NCBI GenBank assembly: GCA_035221665.1
Contig: CM069157.1
Location: 16,802,001 to 16,866,000 of the forward strand
Length of the DNA: 64,000 nt
Reading direction: 5' to 3'
DNA from: Okamejei kenojei
Taxonomy: Eukaryota
Shown here: in pieces, positions 13,833-27,741 of the stretch
How the letters are laid out: each line of letters opens with the position of its first letter
Numbering within the stretch: the stretch's first letter is position 1
Notes under the pieces: generated by a model
What the model saw: the letters and a program-made list of their open reading frames with translations, nothing else
Told to the model about the DNA's origin: nothing
Databases searched by the model: none
Made by a program: the position numbers and the translations under genes

Positions 13833-14982
13833 GTAGTCACAAAATGCTGGAGTAACTCGGTGCGACAGGCAGGATCTCTGGAGAGAAGGAATGGGTGATG
13901 TTTTGGGTCGAGATCTTTCTTCTGACTGATGTCAGGGGAGTGGGTGGTACAGATATAAAATGCAGTCGGAGATGGTAAGACTGGTCGGAGAATTGGGAAG
14001 GGGGAGAGGATGGAGAGCGAGGGAAAGCAAGGTGTACTTGAAGTTAGAGAAGTCAATGTTCATACTGGTGGGATGTAAGATAGCCAAGCAAAGTATGAGG
14101 GGCTGTTCCTCCAATTTGCGCTTGGCCTCACTCTGATACTGGAGGAGGCCCAGGACAGAAAGGTGAGGGGCAGTTAAAGTGTTGAGCAACCGGGTGATCA
14201 GGTAGGTTTAGGTGGACTGAGCGGAGATGTTCAGCAAAACGATCACCATCTCCTGCGGTTGCAGGAGTAAGTACCTGGGGAGGGGGTGGTTTGGGTGGGA
14301 AGGTCGAGTTGACCAGGGAGTTGCGGAGGGAACGGTCTCCGTGGAAAGGGGTTGAGATGGGAAGGTGTGGCTAGTAGTGGGATTCCGTTGGAGGTGGTGA
14401 AAATCTCGGAGGGATATGTGCTGTGGGCGACGGCTGATGGGGTGGAAGGTGAGGACAAGAGGGACTGTCCTTGTTACGAGTGGGGGGGGAGCAAGTCCGG
14501 AGCTGCCGGATATCAAGGAGACGCTAGTGAGAGCCTCATCTATAATATAAGAGAGGAACCCTCATTCGCTAAAAAATGAGGACATCCCCGAAGACCTGGT
14601 ATGGAATACCTCATCTTGGGCACAGATGCAGTGTAGACGGAATTAGGGGTAGGGGACAGAGTCTTTGGGGTAGGAAGAAGTGTAGCCTAGAATAGTTATG
14701 GGAGGCAGTTTATAATAGATGTCAGTTGATAGTCTGTCTCCTGTGATGGAGACGGTGAGATCTAGAAATGGTAGGGAGATGTCAGAGACAGTCCGAGTGA
14801 ATTTGAGTGCAAGATGGGAATTAGTCGTGAAGTTGATGAAGTCAGCGAGTTCTGCATTGGTGCAGGATGTAGCACCGATGCAGTTGTCAATGTAGTGGTG
14901 GTAGTTCAGGAATAGGGACACCCAAACCACCCCTTGTCCAGGTAATTTTGATTTAATCCAGCATCTGCAGTTATTTCCTACA
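13833..14982 (-). mobile_element. Penelope-like retroelement remnant with inverted terminal piece
   Basis: RT-like peptides (YIDNCIGA, LPFLDLTV, STDIYYK) on -; 15-bp direct flanks CAATTATTGTATAAG at 13818-13832 and 14983-14997. Confidence 0.85.
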
Positions 14983-16721
14983 CAATTATTGTATAAGATA
15001 GTTATTTTTCAATTTAATTGTTAACATTTAAAAGTGCAGTTGTTAATCTCTGGATTGCTAAATACAAATTAAAGTATAAACATGGTGTGTCTAGAAAACA
15101 ATATTGTGTCATTGGCACCATTTTACTGTCTTCATTGAAATCTTCATTGAATTTTATGTAATATTAATTGTTTTATTTCAGGATATCACCAAAACTATAG
15201 TGAAGTTTTACAGTTCATTGAAAGCTAAGAGACTAATCTGGCCACCATTAGGTGTTTTTAATTAAAATACTTTTTTTTTTTAATTAAAAAGCCTTTTACT
15301 AAATATTAATTAAAACAGTTGCATTTATCATACTACGGTAAGTTCTTGACTACAATTCAATTGCATGAAACTTTTCCAGCATAAAGTGATTTGATATCTA
15401 ACACCACTTGGAGTAAAATGTAAAACTTATACTTCTAGGACATATCCCCCTGAAAATCTTGCTGGTGATTTCCTGGGATGATTCATTGTTAATGATATGA
15501 TTTCTATTGCAGTCACACAGAGAACATTATTCTCTGTTCAAGATGTTTAAGAAGGAACTGCAGATGCTGGAAAATCAAAGGTAGACTAAAATGCTGGAGA
15601 AACTCAGCGGGTGAGGCAGCATCTATGGAGAGAAGGAATTAGGCAACGTTTCGGGTCGAGACCCTTCTTCAGGGCCTCGACCCGAAACCACCTGAAGAAG
15701 TCTGAAAAAGGGTCTCGACCTGAAAAGTTGCCTATTTCCATTATTCTCTGCTCCATACTCCCCTTGTAGATTGTAGGGGTTTCCCCGGAAGTGACCATCA
15801 TGGACATTCTTGAGACAATGGGATTTTAATGTCACATCCCTGTATTTGGCGCTCAACAAGATACTCCCATATTTTGATAATTCTTCCCTCCACTTCTCAT
15901 CAATATACATGTTCTAAGCCTTGAGCCTTCAAACTTCCCGAGTCCAAGGCATTTATCTTTAATTGCATACTGTATCTCTCCTCCTCGGATCTAGTACTTT
16001 CCCTCCCCCCACCTCCATTGAGGCACTTCTCGGGGCACCCACATACCTTCAAGGTATAAAGAAATAGAATCACCATCAGCAATAATGTGAACATTTGAAA
16101 AAAAAAAAAAGACTTGCCTCAATTATTTCCTAAGTGCTATTTGATATTCACATTCATCTTTGTCCATCTGTCCTTTTTTAGGGCCTGCAAACCATTTAAT
16201 AAAAATATTCATTCCTGATAATAGGATATTTTTTTATTTTCAGCACTTTCCGCTGGAGCTAGTTGACCCTAAAGATGCTTAAAATTTGAGGGATTCATTC
16301 ATGAGCTGGTTTGGTTTTTAATAAAAACCTTGTCCTATTACATCTATGAGACACATTACATATTCACTTGATGGAATAATTATGTTACATTAGTGCCTCT
16401 TTTATGGGATGAATTTCAAGCTGATTCTGATATTGAGCTAAATCTCATTGCTGAATGTCCCATAAGCCGAGCAGATTTTGCGCTGAATAATCTACAGTTT
16501 TAAAGCAAATGTATTTGTGTATTGGTAGGGTTGAATTGCCAACTATATTATGTTTCTCCATAATGCATTCCCCTATCAGCAGCAATATCAAAGATGTAGT
16601 CCGGGCCAACACTTGAATTCTGCTTGCAATTTGTTTAGTATAACTGTTAGATTCCATTCCAAATGATCATTTGGTATGTTCTACACAGGATTGTTCACAT
16701 TATAGGGTTCATAAGATCATA

Positions 16722-17233
16722 CAGTGCCCTCCATAATGTTTCGAACAAAGACCCATCATTTATTTATTTGTCTCTGTGCTCCACAGTTTGAGATTTGGAT
16801 CAGGAAAAATCACATGTGGTTAAAGTGCACATTGTCACATTTTAATAAAGGCCTTTTTATACATTTTGGTCCTCGTGTTGATAAACAGCAATAAAAGTTT
16901 CCAAAGGTGATGGAAAGACTGGAGGAAAGGCTCGGTGCTAAGAACTCTTATACCTGCATTAAAGAGGCAATTAAACACACCTGAGCAATTACAAACACCC
17001 GTGAAGCCATGTGTCCCAAACATTATGGTGCCCTGAATTGAGGGGACTATGCATAAACACTGCTGTAATTTCTACATGGTGAACCCAAATTGTATAAAAA
17101 TGGCCTTTAATAAAATCTGACAATGTGCAGTTTAACCACGTGATTTTTTTTCTATTACAAATTTCAAATTGTGGAGTACATAGGCAAATAAATAAATAAT
17201 GGGTCTTTGTCCCAAACATTATTGAGGGCACTG
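16722..17233 (-). mobile_element. Tc1/mariner non-autonomous deletion derivative
   Basis: CAGTGCCCTC…GAGGGCACTG long inverted termini (~150 bp); TA duplication on both sides. Confidence 0.9.
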
Positions 17234-17235
17234 TA

Positions 17236-18115
17236 AGTGGAACTAGAAGTAGAATTAGGCCATTTGGCCCATCATGTCTACTCTGCCATTCAATCACGGC
17301 TGATCTATTTCTCCCTCCTAACCCCATTCTCCTGCCTTCTCTGCATAACCTCTGACAACTCGTTCGAATCAAGGATTTATTTATCTCTTCCTTAAATATG
17401 TCCACTAACATTGCTGCCACAACCTTCCGTGGCAAAGAATTCGACAGATTCACTACCCTCTGACTAAAGAAATTCCTCCATCTCCTTCCTTAAAAAAAAA
17501 AAGACCTTTAATTCTGAGGCTATAGAATCATAGAAAATAGGTGCAGGAGTAGGCCATTCGGCCCTTCGAGCCTGCACCGCCATTCAATATGATCATGGCT
17601 GATCATCCAACTCGGTATCCTGTACCTGCCTTCTCTCCATACCCCCTGATCCCTTTAGCCACAAGGGCCACATCTAACTCCCTCTTAAATATAGCCAATT
17701 AACTGGCCTCAACTACCTTCTGTGGCAGAGAATTCCACAGATTCACCACTCTCTGTGTGAAAAATGATTTTCTCATCTCGGTCCTAAAACACTTCCCCCT
17801 TATCCTTAAACTGTGACCCCTTGTTCTGGAGTTCCCCAACATCAGGAACAATCTTCCTGCACCTAGCCTGTCCAACCCCTTAAGAGTTTTGTAAGTCTCT
17901 ATAAGATTCCCCCCCCTCAATCTTCTAAATTCCAGCGAGTACAAGCCGAGTCTATCCAGTCTTCCTTCATATGGAAGTCCTGCCATCCCAGGAATCAGTC
18001 TGGTCCATCCCAGGAATCAGTCTATGACCTCTAGTCCTAGACTCTCCCACTAGTGGAAACATCCTCTCCACATCCACTCTATCCAAGCCTTTCACTATTC
18101 TTTGTTTCAATTAGG
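17236..18115 (-). mobile_element. Two nested CR1-type LINE 3' ends (inner ~17524-18023)
   Basis: LYSLEFRRLRG…RTRGHSLR…FFTQRVVNLWNSLP motif; the outer copy resumes after the inner one. Confidence 0.85.
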
Positions 18116-19699
18116 TCGTTTCCCCCCCCCCCCCCCCCTCATTTCAGAGGGTTGCCTCAATCTTTGAAAAGTGGCACAAGCTACTTATCCACTGACATAA
18201 CATATTTGCCAGTCTTTGTTTATGTGTCATGTCACCTTTCATGATGTTGTGATGTTTCATTTGTCTTTAGCACTTTATACAATACTTAAACTCTGGATTC
18301 TACATTCATGATTTTATCTATTTTAAAGTGAGTTTTCTTTTGAGATTGTAACACAATTTCACAATTTCATCCACATGCAGGATACACGGAATAACCATTT
18401 CTAACATCTGGAAAAAGTAGAAGCCTCTTCAGTTTTCAATATTTCATTTTTTATCTCTTAAATACATTTGCTTCTAAAGACTATGGAACAGTTGAGTGAG
18501 AAGTTAGAGAATTTGACACAAATTAAGGAAATTAATTCCCACGTCAGTTTCTCTAAATGATTTGTACCCTATCTCAGTATTTAAAATTTGCATTCTTTTA
18601 ATGTTGTTAAATGTTAATAAATAAATATAACTTATGGAGAAATACCATGATAAGCTTCTGGGTATGAGATTATTCAGGGGGATTTTCAAGGTAGCAGTTA
18701 GAGATTAAGAATGAAATGCATGTGTGTCTTGAAACCTATGTATCGTTTGATTCCATAATAAATTGCCAAGCTAGTGGATTGTTCAGCAAAATATACAATT
18801 TAAAGCTTATTGCCTGCCACTATGAGCAATATGAGCAATGCTTGCAGTGGACAAGTGAAATTGGAAGAGTATATTCAGTGAATATTTCTGTGAATCTATG
18901 GAATGTGGAGATGGTAGATTTTTATTCTTAAAGTGACTGATAGTAATTTTGAACTCTGTTTTGAAATGTTTAAATTACATTCTGGTACTTTAAATGCTTG
19001 TGGTCTGTTACTGCTTACAGCTGCCAACAGCGGCTGAGGGATGGCTTCGTTGTAGGGATCGAAACATTAAGTGGGAAACAGTTTCCCGCTGCCAAATCTG
19101 TCACTGATTCAGATAAATAAGAACTATTTCGATTTGAAATTAATGGTCTATTCTATTTAGTATAAATAGAAAGAAGCATTGAAGCTCCTGCAAGGATCTC
19201 CAGTATTTTAAGACTCCAGTATTGTGAAATATTTTACTCGCGTCCTCAAAGGCATGCTCAAATATATTAACATTTTAAGCAATGGATTTTTTACAGTAGA
19301 CTAAAATTTTTCTTGCCATTGAAACAACTGATTTTTGGTTGTTTTATTGTCATTTATACAACATAGTGAAAGTTTGTGTGCTATCCAGTGAAGCCATACT
19401 ATACATGAATACAATCAAGTGAATGAAGTACAGCTTGGCAATTCATTAAGGAATTGAGAGAGATGGGTTCCAAGACTCCACATCCATTTCACACTTAATC
19501 TCTTACTTCACAACCTTGAAAATCCTCCTGATCAAATGCACACATGCAGCAGGGAGTGCAAAGTAATAAGTACTATAGTGCAGAATATTGTGCTGGAGCA
19601 TTATAGTTGCAGAGAATGTGCAGATAAATATAAGTGCAAGGGCTACAATGAGGGAATTTTGGGAGATTGGGTCTGCACCCTTGGCTTATTTGACCTATT

Positions 19700-20125
19700 C
19701 TTGTGTATGGCATGCACATGACATTCAGGCCAGAACAGCATCAGTTACTGGGCGGATGGCTTTGATGCCCCCAGGGAAAAGCTGCAGTGAGCAGTCATTC
19801 ATGATGTGTGGGATGGTCTGGTCTTGATGTTCGCAGTCTGTCATCCCCCACTTATGCAGGTTGTGGGCTGTTCTTGCATTGAGGGTGCGAATTTTGTTCA
19901 GGGTTAGCCATTGCTTGCGATGGAGGTCAAAACCCGGTGGTTTCACTGTGGGTTTTGTGATGACCTCTCTGTTGGTGTTGACATCTTTTCAGGCTCTGCG
20001 CCACTCAGTCTTGGAGTCAAAGTCTTCCAGGGATTTAACGGAAGTAATTTGACTGATAAGTGGGAAGGAATTCCTGAATCTGCTGGTGCTTTCAAGCTTT
20101 GTATCTTCAGCCCAATTAGATGAGA
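19700..20125 (-). mobile_element. 3' end of a non-LTR retrotransposon, Ingi/Vingi-like
   Basis: PPGFDLHRKQWLTLNKIRT…LHKWG…QTIPHIMNDC C-terminal zinc-knuckle-like region; clade call tentative. Confidence 0.6.
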
Positions 20126-22914
20126 AAGAAGAAGGAATGATCAGGGTGTAAATGGTTTTTGTTTATGGTGCCCGCTTAAGTGTAAATGGAGTCATGGGTG
20201 GAGGGGCTAGTTTGTGATGGACTGGGCTAAATCCATTTTTGCAATTTCTTTTGGTCTTGGACATTACTGTTGCCAAACCAAGGTGTCTTTTTGCAAACCC
20301 TCAAGGGGATTATAAGATTAAAGCTTGAGTTTAATGTTAAACTTTAATTCTATAACTTAAAATCGGTACATAAAATTGCTTTAATGATTGCCCAACCTCT
20401 GCCATTAGATCGTAATTAACGTGTTTTGGCTCATTCATTCATAGCTGCAAATGTAGTCTTTTACCTTTTGTTCTGAAAGAAAATACAGTAAATGTTCATT
20501 TATTAAGTCATTTTATGGTTAGGGAATGGTGCTGAAATTAATGATTTTGCCTAATAAGTACAAAGTGTCACGATTACAAAGTGCCGGTAATCCATAGCAC
20601 ATAGGAAATCATTAAATATAACCATTTTAATTAGAAGCCGGTGCAAGAATGTGTAATGGGAGGAACTGACACGCTGCACTAAATGGTGTGAGTTAATGCT
20701 ACTTTGACGTTTGCACAGAAGTTGTAAAGACAGTGAAAACGATAATAAAAGGGGTTAGACAATTCATGATGTTGTGGGAATTTGTGCACCCTGATCCACG
20801 TACACCTTGTGGGTCCAAAGAATTGGAGGCCTTGTTCCCAACGTGGTTCCGAAGAACAGTAGTCTGCAATAAACAATAAACATGCCTTTATCGTCATCAG
20901 TTCCTGCACCCAAATCACTGGCCTTTAAGTGGCTTGCTCTTAAGGGCCCTTTTAACTGTCTCCGACAACTGGAGATATTTTTTAAAAACAGTTTAAGTGA
21001 GTTAATTAAAATGATCTACAATTAAAACACACTTGACTGATGTAAGTTAATTAAAAACATTAAACCTAATTAAAATGAGGGAAAAAAATCCACTTAACTT
21101 TGCTATTTGAGTCGGGGACCCCATTCTTATGAATGATCTGCACTCGATATGCTGACCTTGGCTGGCATAAAGCCAGGGATACAGATGCGAAGCACATCTG
21201 GCTATTTCGCTCAGCAAATTTGTGTTCTGCCTTCGGATTCAGGGCTGTATCAAGCGGCAAAACGGGAAGTGGGGTATGCCAGCATCTGAGCTCCAGCATA
21301 TTCCATAATTTAATGTGGGAGCACGCAGGTGTAGAAGTCAGGTGTATGCTGACCTGCACAATGCTGTTAACTGGCATTTCTCTACACAACAATCAGCTGA
21401 AGACCTTGATCTAGGCCAATGGAGTTAAAACGTCTAAGCCCTCGTTCCCTTCCCAATTTATTCACCAGAATACCTCTAGATTATATTCGGCAAAAAACTG
21501 TGAATGCCTAATTCCCCAGCAATTTATAAAATGTATTTGAACTAAAGGGGCATGCTTTACGTTCGCTTTCTTAATGCCTGGACACTAATAATAAAGGTGG
21601 GCCGTACATGTATGTGATTAGGGTTTTAACATACAATCCAGAACCTTTTGTTGCCTTTTCTCTAGCTTGATGAGGATGCAACGTGATGGCTGAAGTAAAA
21701 ATATTTTGTTCCAAAACTCTCGTCAGGTTTTTGTCTGTGTCTTTGTTTACTAGTTACAAATATTGATTCTTCCCTTCTGACCTTATTTTGTCACAATGTG
21801 CGCAGACTCAGAAGAAAGACAGCAGTAGAATTGAATTTTGGGAACATAGCAATTCACTACTGCTATTAGTAGCACATTTAGTTCTACTGGTTAAGGACTT
21901 ATTTTTAGGCATATAACTACAGGTTATTTCCATTCCGTTAGCTGTGTGCAGGTTAATTAATTTTTATGCTAACAGTTAAGAGTGGAATCCACCTAGGATT
22001 AATATTTTATTGTAACAATTCCGCCAGTAATTCGCACTGAGATTACTGCGGCTTCTAGTTGCTTACCACTGAACTTGTTCTTATATAGAGGACACCATGG
22101 CACAAAGTTCTACGAACTTCCAAGACACAAAGCTGATCAGAGATGCTCTGCACCATGCAAGGTCTTTCCTATCTTGAAAAGCAAACCCTTACAAGGAATT
22201 GCTTTGGTGGCTAGTTAAAACATCTCCCCAGGCTTATTAACTGTCAAAGAAATTAATGAATATGAATGTCTGGCATTCACAAACATTCAAAAACGATTTA
22301 AAAAAATAAGCATTTTATTACATTCCTTCAAATGTAAAAACAAATAATAATTAAAGCACTTTGATACTTAAAAATACATAGATAACTGATTGATCCATTA
22401 AAGGGAAGTAAACTAACTTTATACTTGCCGTTCTCCCTTGTGGCTGCGCTTTATTCAAATGAATGAAATTGCTTTTCCTGTAACTGATGTAACCTGACCC
22501 ATTTAAGTACTAGGAAATCTGTGGAAATTCACACTCCGCCACTGGACTCCAGGAGTGGCAGTGTTTGAAAGCAATCTGGAAATGGTCTGTGCAGTTCAGG
22601 ATTTGCACACGTGTCACAAACCTCTGCACTGTAACATTAGTAAATACCAGCAGTTCCGAACAGAAGACTTGGTCAATATAATTTGTAAACCATGTAATTG
22701 TAGCTTTCTAATGCGGGAGCCTATTCTAGTGACACTTTAATTTCTCGTTTTCTAGCAAGCCTTGTTTTACTGTCTTTCCATCTAGAGGTGATGGAGGAAT
22801 TAATATGATCTTGAATGCAAAAGTAGTAGAGCTAATAGGACATGATGTTTCAATCCCTGTTCTAAGTTGGCACTCTTGATATTTGTAGTGGAATTGGAGT
22901 GGTAAAAGGTAGGG

Positions 22915-24050
22915 TACCCTCCTTCTTTGACGTTTCATTGATAAGCCCACAACGTCTCCAGAGGGCTCAACGGTGATACCTGGCGTCCCAGGTACACCCC
23001 CCTCAATTCCATACACTCCTGTCTTCATCTTGCAGCCCAATATCTTTCCTTTTGATCCAAAGCCAATTGCTGCTTTTTTTTCTGCAGAATTTAGTAATGA
23101 TTGCTTGTTGGAGGGAATGACCCTCTCACCACCATTTTCTTTAATAGACTGGTTGTAGATGCAGCAACAAATACCCTGCATCCACTTCTACAGGGAAAAT
23201 CTTGGTCTTCCAGCCATTCTGGGCAGCTTCAGTTGCCAGTTCAGATTACTTTTTCTTTTTCCTCTCATATGCATCAACACCATCTTCCCATGGAACTGTC
23301 AATTCCACAACATATGCCAACTTGGCTGTTGTGGACCACAGGACCATGTCTGGCTGGAATGTTGTAGCCACAATGTCTGGGGGAAACACAAGCTTTTTTT
23401 CCCCTAAGTCCACTTCCATTTTCCAATCCTGAGCAGGCTGCAGAATGCTTGCATCCTTTGATGTTATCTGGTGCTCTGGAGGTTGGCCTGCTGGCACAAA
23501 TGTTGTGAAGTGGACATTTCCTGACAATGTTTGTGGGGAAGCATTTGTGATCGTTTGTCTCTGTTCCAGGATTGATGCCAGTTGTCTGAGAACTTGGTTA
23601 TGCCACCAAGTGTAACGCCCTTGGGTGAGGCTCGCAGTTCATCCTGTTAAAATGTGCCTTAGTGATGCAGGTGCTTAGCAAAGGGAGCAAGCGGGGTCTT
23701 CTCTGAATCATTGCGTCGAGTTCTGGGGTGATGGTAGAACATCATAAGTGATTCTGATGACAAAACTTAGCCGAGATCCCTCCATTTGCCAGATGTCACG
23801 CCAATTGAGTTTCCACTTGTTCCTCGACTGCTTGAATTTTTTTGGGGATAACTTGCTTTTCCCACTCGACCCTCGTGTTCCTCCAGAGGAATTTCAGAAT
23901 ATCTGGGGCGTTCTTATAGACACAATATGGAACACCATTAGGGCCTGGTGCAGAGGCCGTTCTTGCCTTCCTCATCACTTCTTTTACCTCGCTCAGCTTG
24001 GGAGGCCTGATGTCAAATTTATGTTGTGGGGGTGGGATGTCACGGGGACA
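22915..24050 (-). mobile_element. HERO/R2-superfamily (RLE-type) non-LTR retrotransposon remnant, internally deleted
   Basis: Peptides KARTASAPGPNGVPY, QGRYTWWHNQVL and PDMVLWS…ELTVPWE (restriction-like endonuclease); RT core missing. Confidence 0.75.
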
Positions 24051-27000
24051 ATATATTTATTTAATAAAAGCCCACTGTGTACTCAATTCTCATTGAAAAG
24101 AAAATGCACCTGTTGCTTGCTGCTTATTAATCTGAGCTGTGGGATTCAAACCATCTTGACTGTAATGCCTGCATATATTGGTTCATGTTAGCAACCTGGT
24201 CCGTCCTGATCAACTAAATTGTAAAATAGACGTACAAGTCTGAAGAAAGGTCTCAACCCGAAACGTCACCTATTCCTTTTCTCCAGAAATGCTGCCTGAC
24301 CTGCTGAGTTACTCCAGCATTTTGTCTTTCTTCAGATATAGCATATTATTGACTGTTTCCAAGGGGTCTCTGGAGTTGAGCCATGTTTTCTCTCAACCAA
24401 AATAATTTTGATGGTGTAGACTTTGCAGAAATATTGTACAATATATGAATCTAAATTCAGTGTAATGAGCTTTAGCAGTGCTGGTGGTTTCAGTATGGAT
24501 GTATCTTGTGGTAGAGCACTGAGCCCCATATATACTCCCTCATTAGGAGTGGGGGTATCTGACAACTCAAATGAGTATTAGATTATCATCTAAGTGTTAA
24601 TCCCCGAGCCATTCAAAACAAAACGGAGATGCAGTAAATGTTAGTACCTTATCAATTACCTATAAAGGTAAACCAGCAGTTTCAAACTTCCAACTTGTGT
24701 CTGATTCTTATTTCGCTCAACAAGAAAAGGACAGAGGCTAAAGGGCTTCTTTGACGGTTTTATTTTGAGGATGCATCGCTATTCTGGACAAATATGGGTA
24801 ATTTTTTGCAACATTGAAATGGTTTGTTGTGATTGGTCAAAGTCAGTGGGTGAAACTTTCTTCATCAGTATTTTGTTCCTCCTCAAATTGTGCCGGCTGT
24901 TGGTGCAAGCTTCTAAAGATTTAATTATTGCTGCTGGGTGTTGGAAGAGGTCCAATATGAGATTAACGCTCCTGCTCCACTGCTCGGTGGGATACTTCCT
25001 TGCTCTCTGCCTGAACTGTTAGGTTGTTTCACCAGATGTCGCAGAAAAAAACCATCAATAGTGTGATTATCTTATTTGTTGCTTAATTTTTTTTTTATTG
25101 AACTTTGTTAGCTTAATTGCCCTGCTTTGGTTATATTGCACAGTTCACTTTCAATGATTTTAATCAAACCAATCTTTTAAAGTAGTGAATGCCTTCACTG
25201 ACTACTCAAACGTTTATAGTAAAGCTTTAGCTGATTGTATATTCTAAAAATTGATGTTGATCATCTGTTATGATTTGGATATAACAGCAGCTGTTTCTAT
25301 CTTTGCTTGATGCTATCTTCAACATCCACAGTTAATTTGTTAATCACCATTCACTTCATTTTTCTTGGTTTGTTTTTCTATGCTGCTTCCACTTGTTCCT
25401 CGACTGCTTGAATTTAGTATAATCTCTTAATTGGTGGGAAATTCCTTATTCTTGTCAGTATTCAGCATCAGGGACTTGCTGTCTAATCTTAATTGATATG
25501 GAGCATTATTTTACATTGATAAAGAACATTAAACTGTCTCTAGATTTTCTTTATAATAACACTCTAGAACTGCTACATACTCCTGGTAGCTACCCTTAAA
25601 TTTGGCGTGGTAGCTATTTTGTGAAAATCATTCAGCGATGCATTTTTGGATGCATGAGGGAGGCCTTTTGTCTTAGATTCACATTAGTTATTCTGCCCAT
25701 CTGATCCATAAAGCCAAGGGGACTTGCGCAGCCTGTGGTGCTGCAAATTGTATCCAGTGTGTACAGATTTGCAGTACATGGTGCATTCAGCAAACCCTTC
25801 TCGTTTCACTCTTAATTAATGTGCAGTTATCGTTTTCCACAAAATACACACTGTTCTTTTTGACCAATCGCCTTAAATTGACAACACCATTCCTTAATAG
25901 CAATTTTGCTTTACTCCCTATCAGAAATAATCGTGACAGGGAAAAAAAGATATTCGGACCACATCTGTACTAGTTGAAAGAGCTACCCGACCTAATGCCC
26001 CCTTTCAGCACTTGTTCCACAGCCTTGCTTGTTGTGGATTCATTTACCTATCCTACTATTGCTTGAATATGATGAGCTTCTGCCATCATTTCATGCGGTG
26101 AGTTTAAGATCGATACCATCACTGGGTGAAAATCTAACTTTTACTCATTGCCTTCCAATCCACCTGCCATTTGCTTTAAATCGATACACCTGCTCAGGGG
26201 ACTGGATCTTTCCTCTTTATCTTTTTCGACCATCCATAATTTTAGTGTTCCTCCTCGTTTCCCGCTGTCCTGTTTATCAGCTGTAGAAGAAAATCACTTA
26301 GGACAAATGCAAATTCACTGCATGATGGGAGTGAACGGGAAATACATGGGGTAGTCTGTTATGTTTTGCATATACAAAAATAGCTGTACATTTAATAAAT
26401 GTACAAGTCTAAAGAACTCTGGAACACATTAGCCATATTCACTTTTATATTTTAAAAAAAAAGGAAACACGGTTGCAGTGTGACTAAGCTGGTCGGGTAG
26501 CATCTATGGACAACATGGAGAGGTGATGTGGGAACTTTTTAGGCTGTTAAGTTGCTCCAGCATTTTGTCTTTTTTTGTCAATCAACTTTTGCAGTTCCTT
26601 TTTTCTGAAGAAGGGTATCAATCCAAAAACGTCACGCATTCCTTCACTCCAGAGATGCTGCCTGTCCTGCTGAGTTACTCCAGCATTTTGTGTTCATCCT
26701 TGTCTCTTAACCTATATAAAAGTGGATTTAAGATGGATGGTTTCTCCCATTTTGTTATGTTGTGAAGAATAAACAAATGTGCAATAACCGGTTGTCGTTG
26801 CTTATCTCAAGAATTGCAAACAGTTTTAAATAGGTGATATACATGATCTTTATATTGATAATTTTGTCAAGCTTCATAATTTAGGTATGGTGCCATTGGA
26901 ACACTGGTCATGTCGAATTTTGTGTTCTACGCTCACATCTTTAGCTTTAATTCCCATTATTGGATTAGCAAGGAAACAGCAGTGTATTTTCTGAATATTA

Positions 27001-27504
27001 AATCTAATAGAAATCAAATTTTATCTCTATCTTGTGTAAACAAATATTTGGGAGGGAGGGAGAAAAACTAGTTTAGAAAACTTTGATTCGAACACATTTG
27101 GAATGTTGTGTGCTTTCTTACAGGAAGGATTAGGAGGCTTTGGAGAGGGTACAGAAGAGGTTTAGCAGAATGCTGCCTGGATTAGAGGCTATAAACTGAA
27201 AGGAGAGGATATTAACTGTGAGGAGAGTTTGGACAAACTTGCATTGTTTTTTTTTTGATGCAAGTGTATAATATTTACAAGAGGCACAGATAGGGTAAAC
27301 GGTTCAATTTTTATCCCAGGTGGAAATGTCAAAGATTAGAAGGCAAAGCTTTAGGGTGAGAGGAGGATAGTTTCAATTTGATTTAAGGAACCATAATTCT
27401 AAAATAAAATAATTGAATACTAATCAGGATATGGGCAATGCAACTGAGATGTATTTACAATGCTGCTTATCATAAGAGCCAAGTTAGTTTGTTATGAATA
27501 GTGA

Positions 27505-27741
<237 letters not shown>

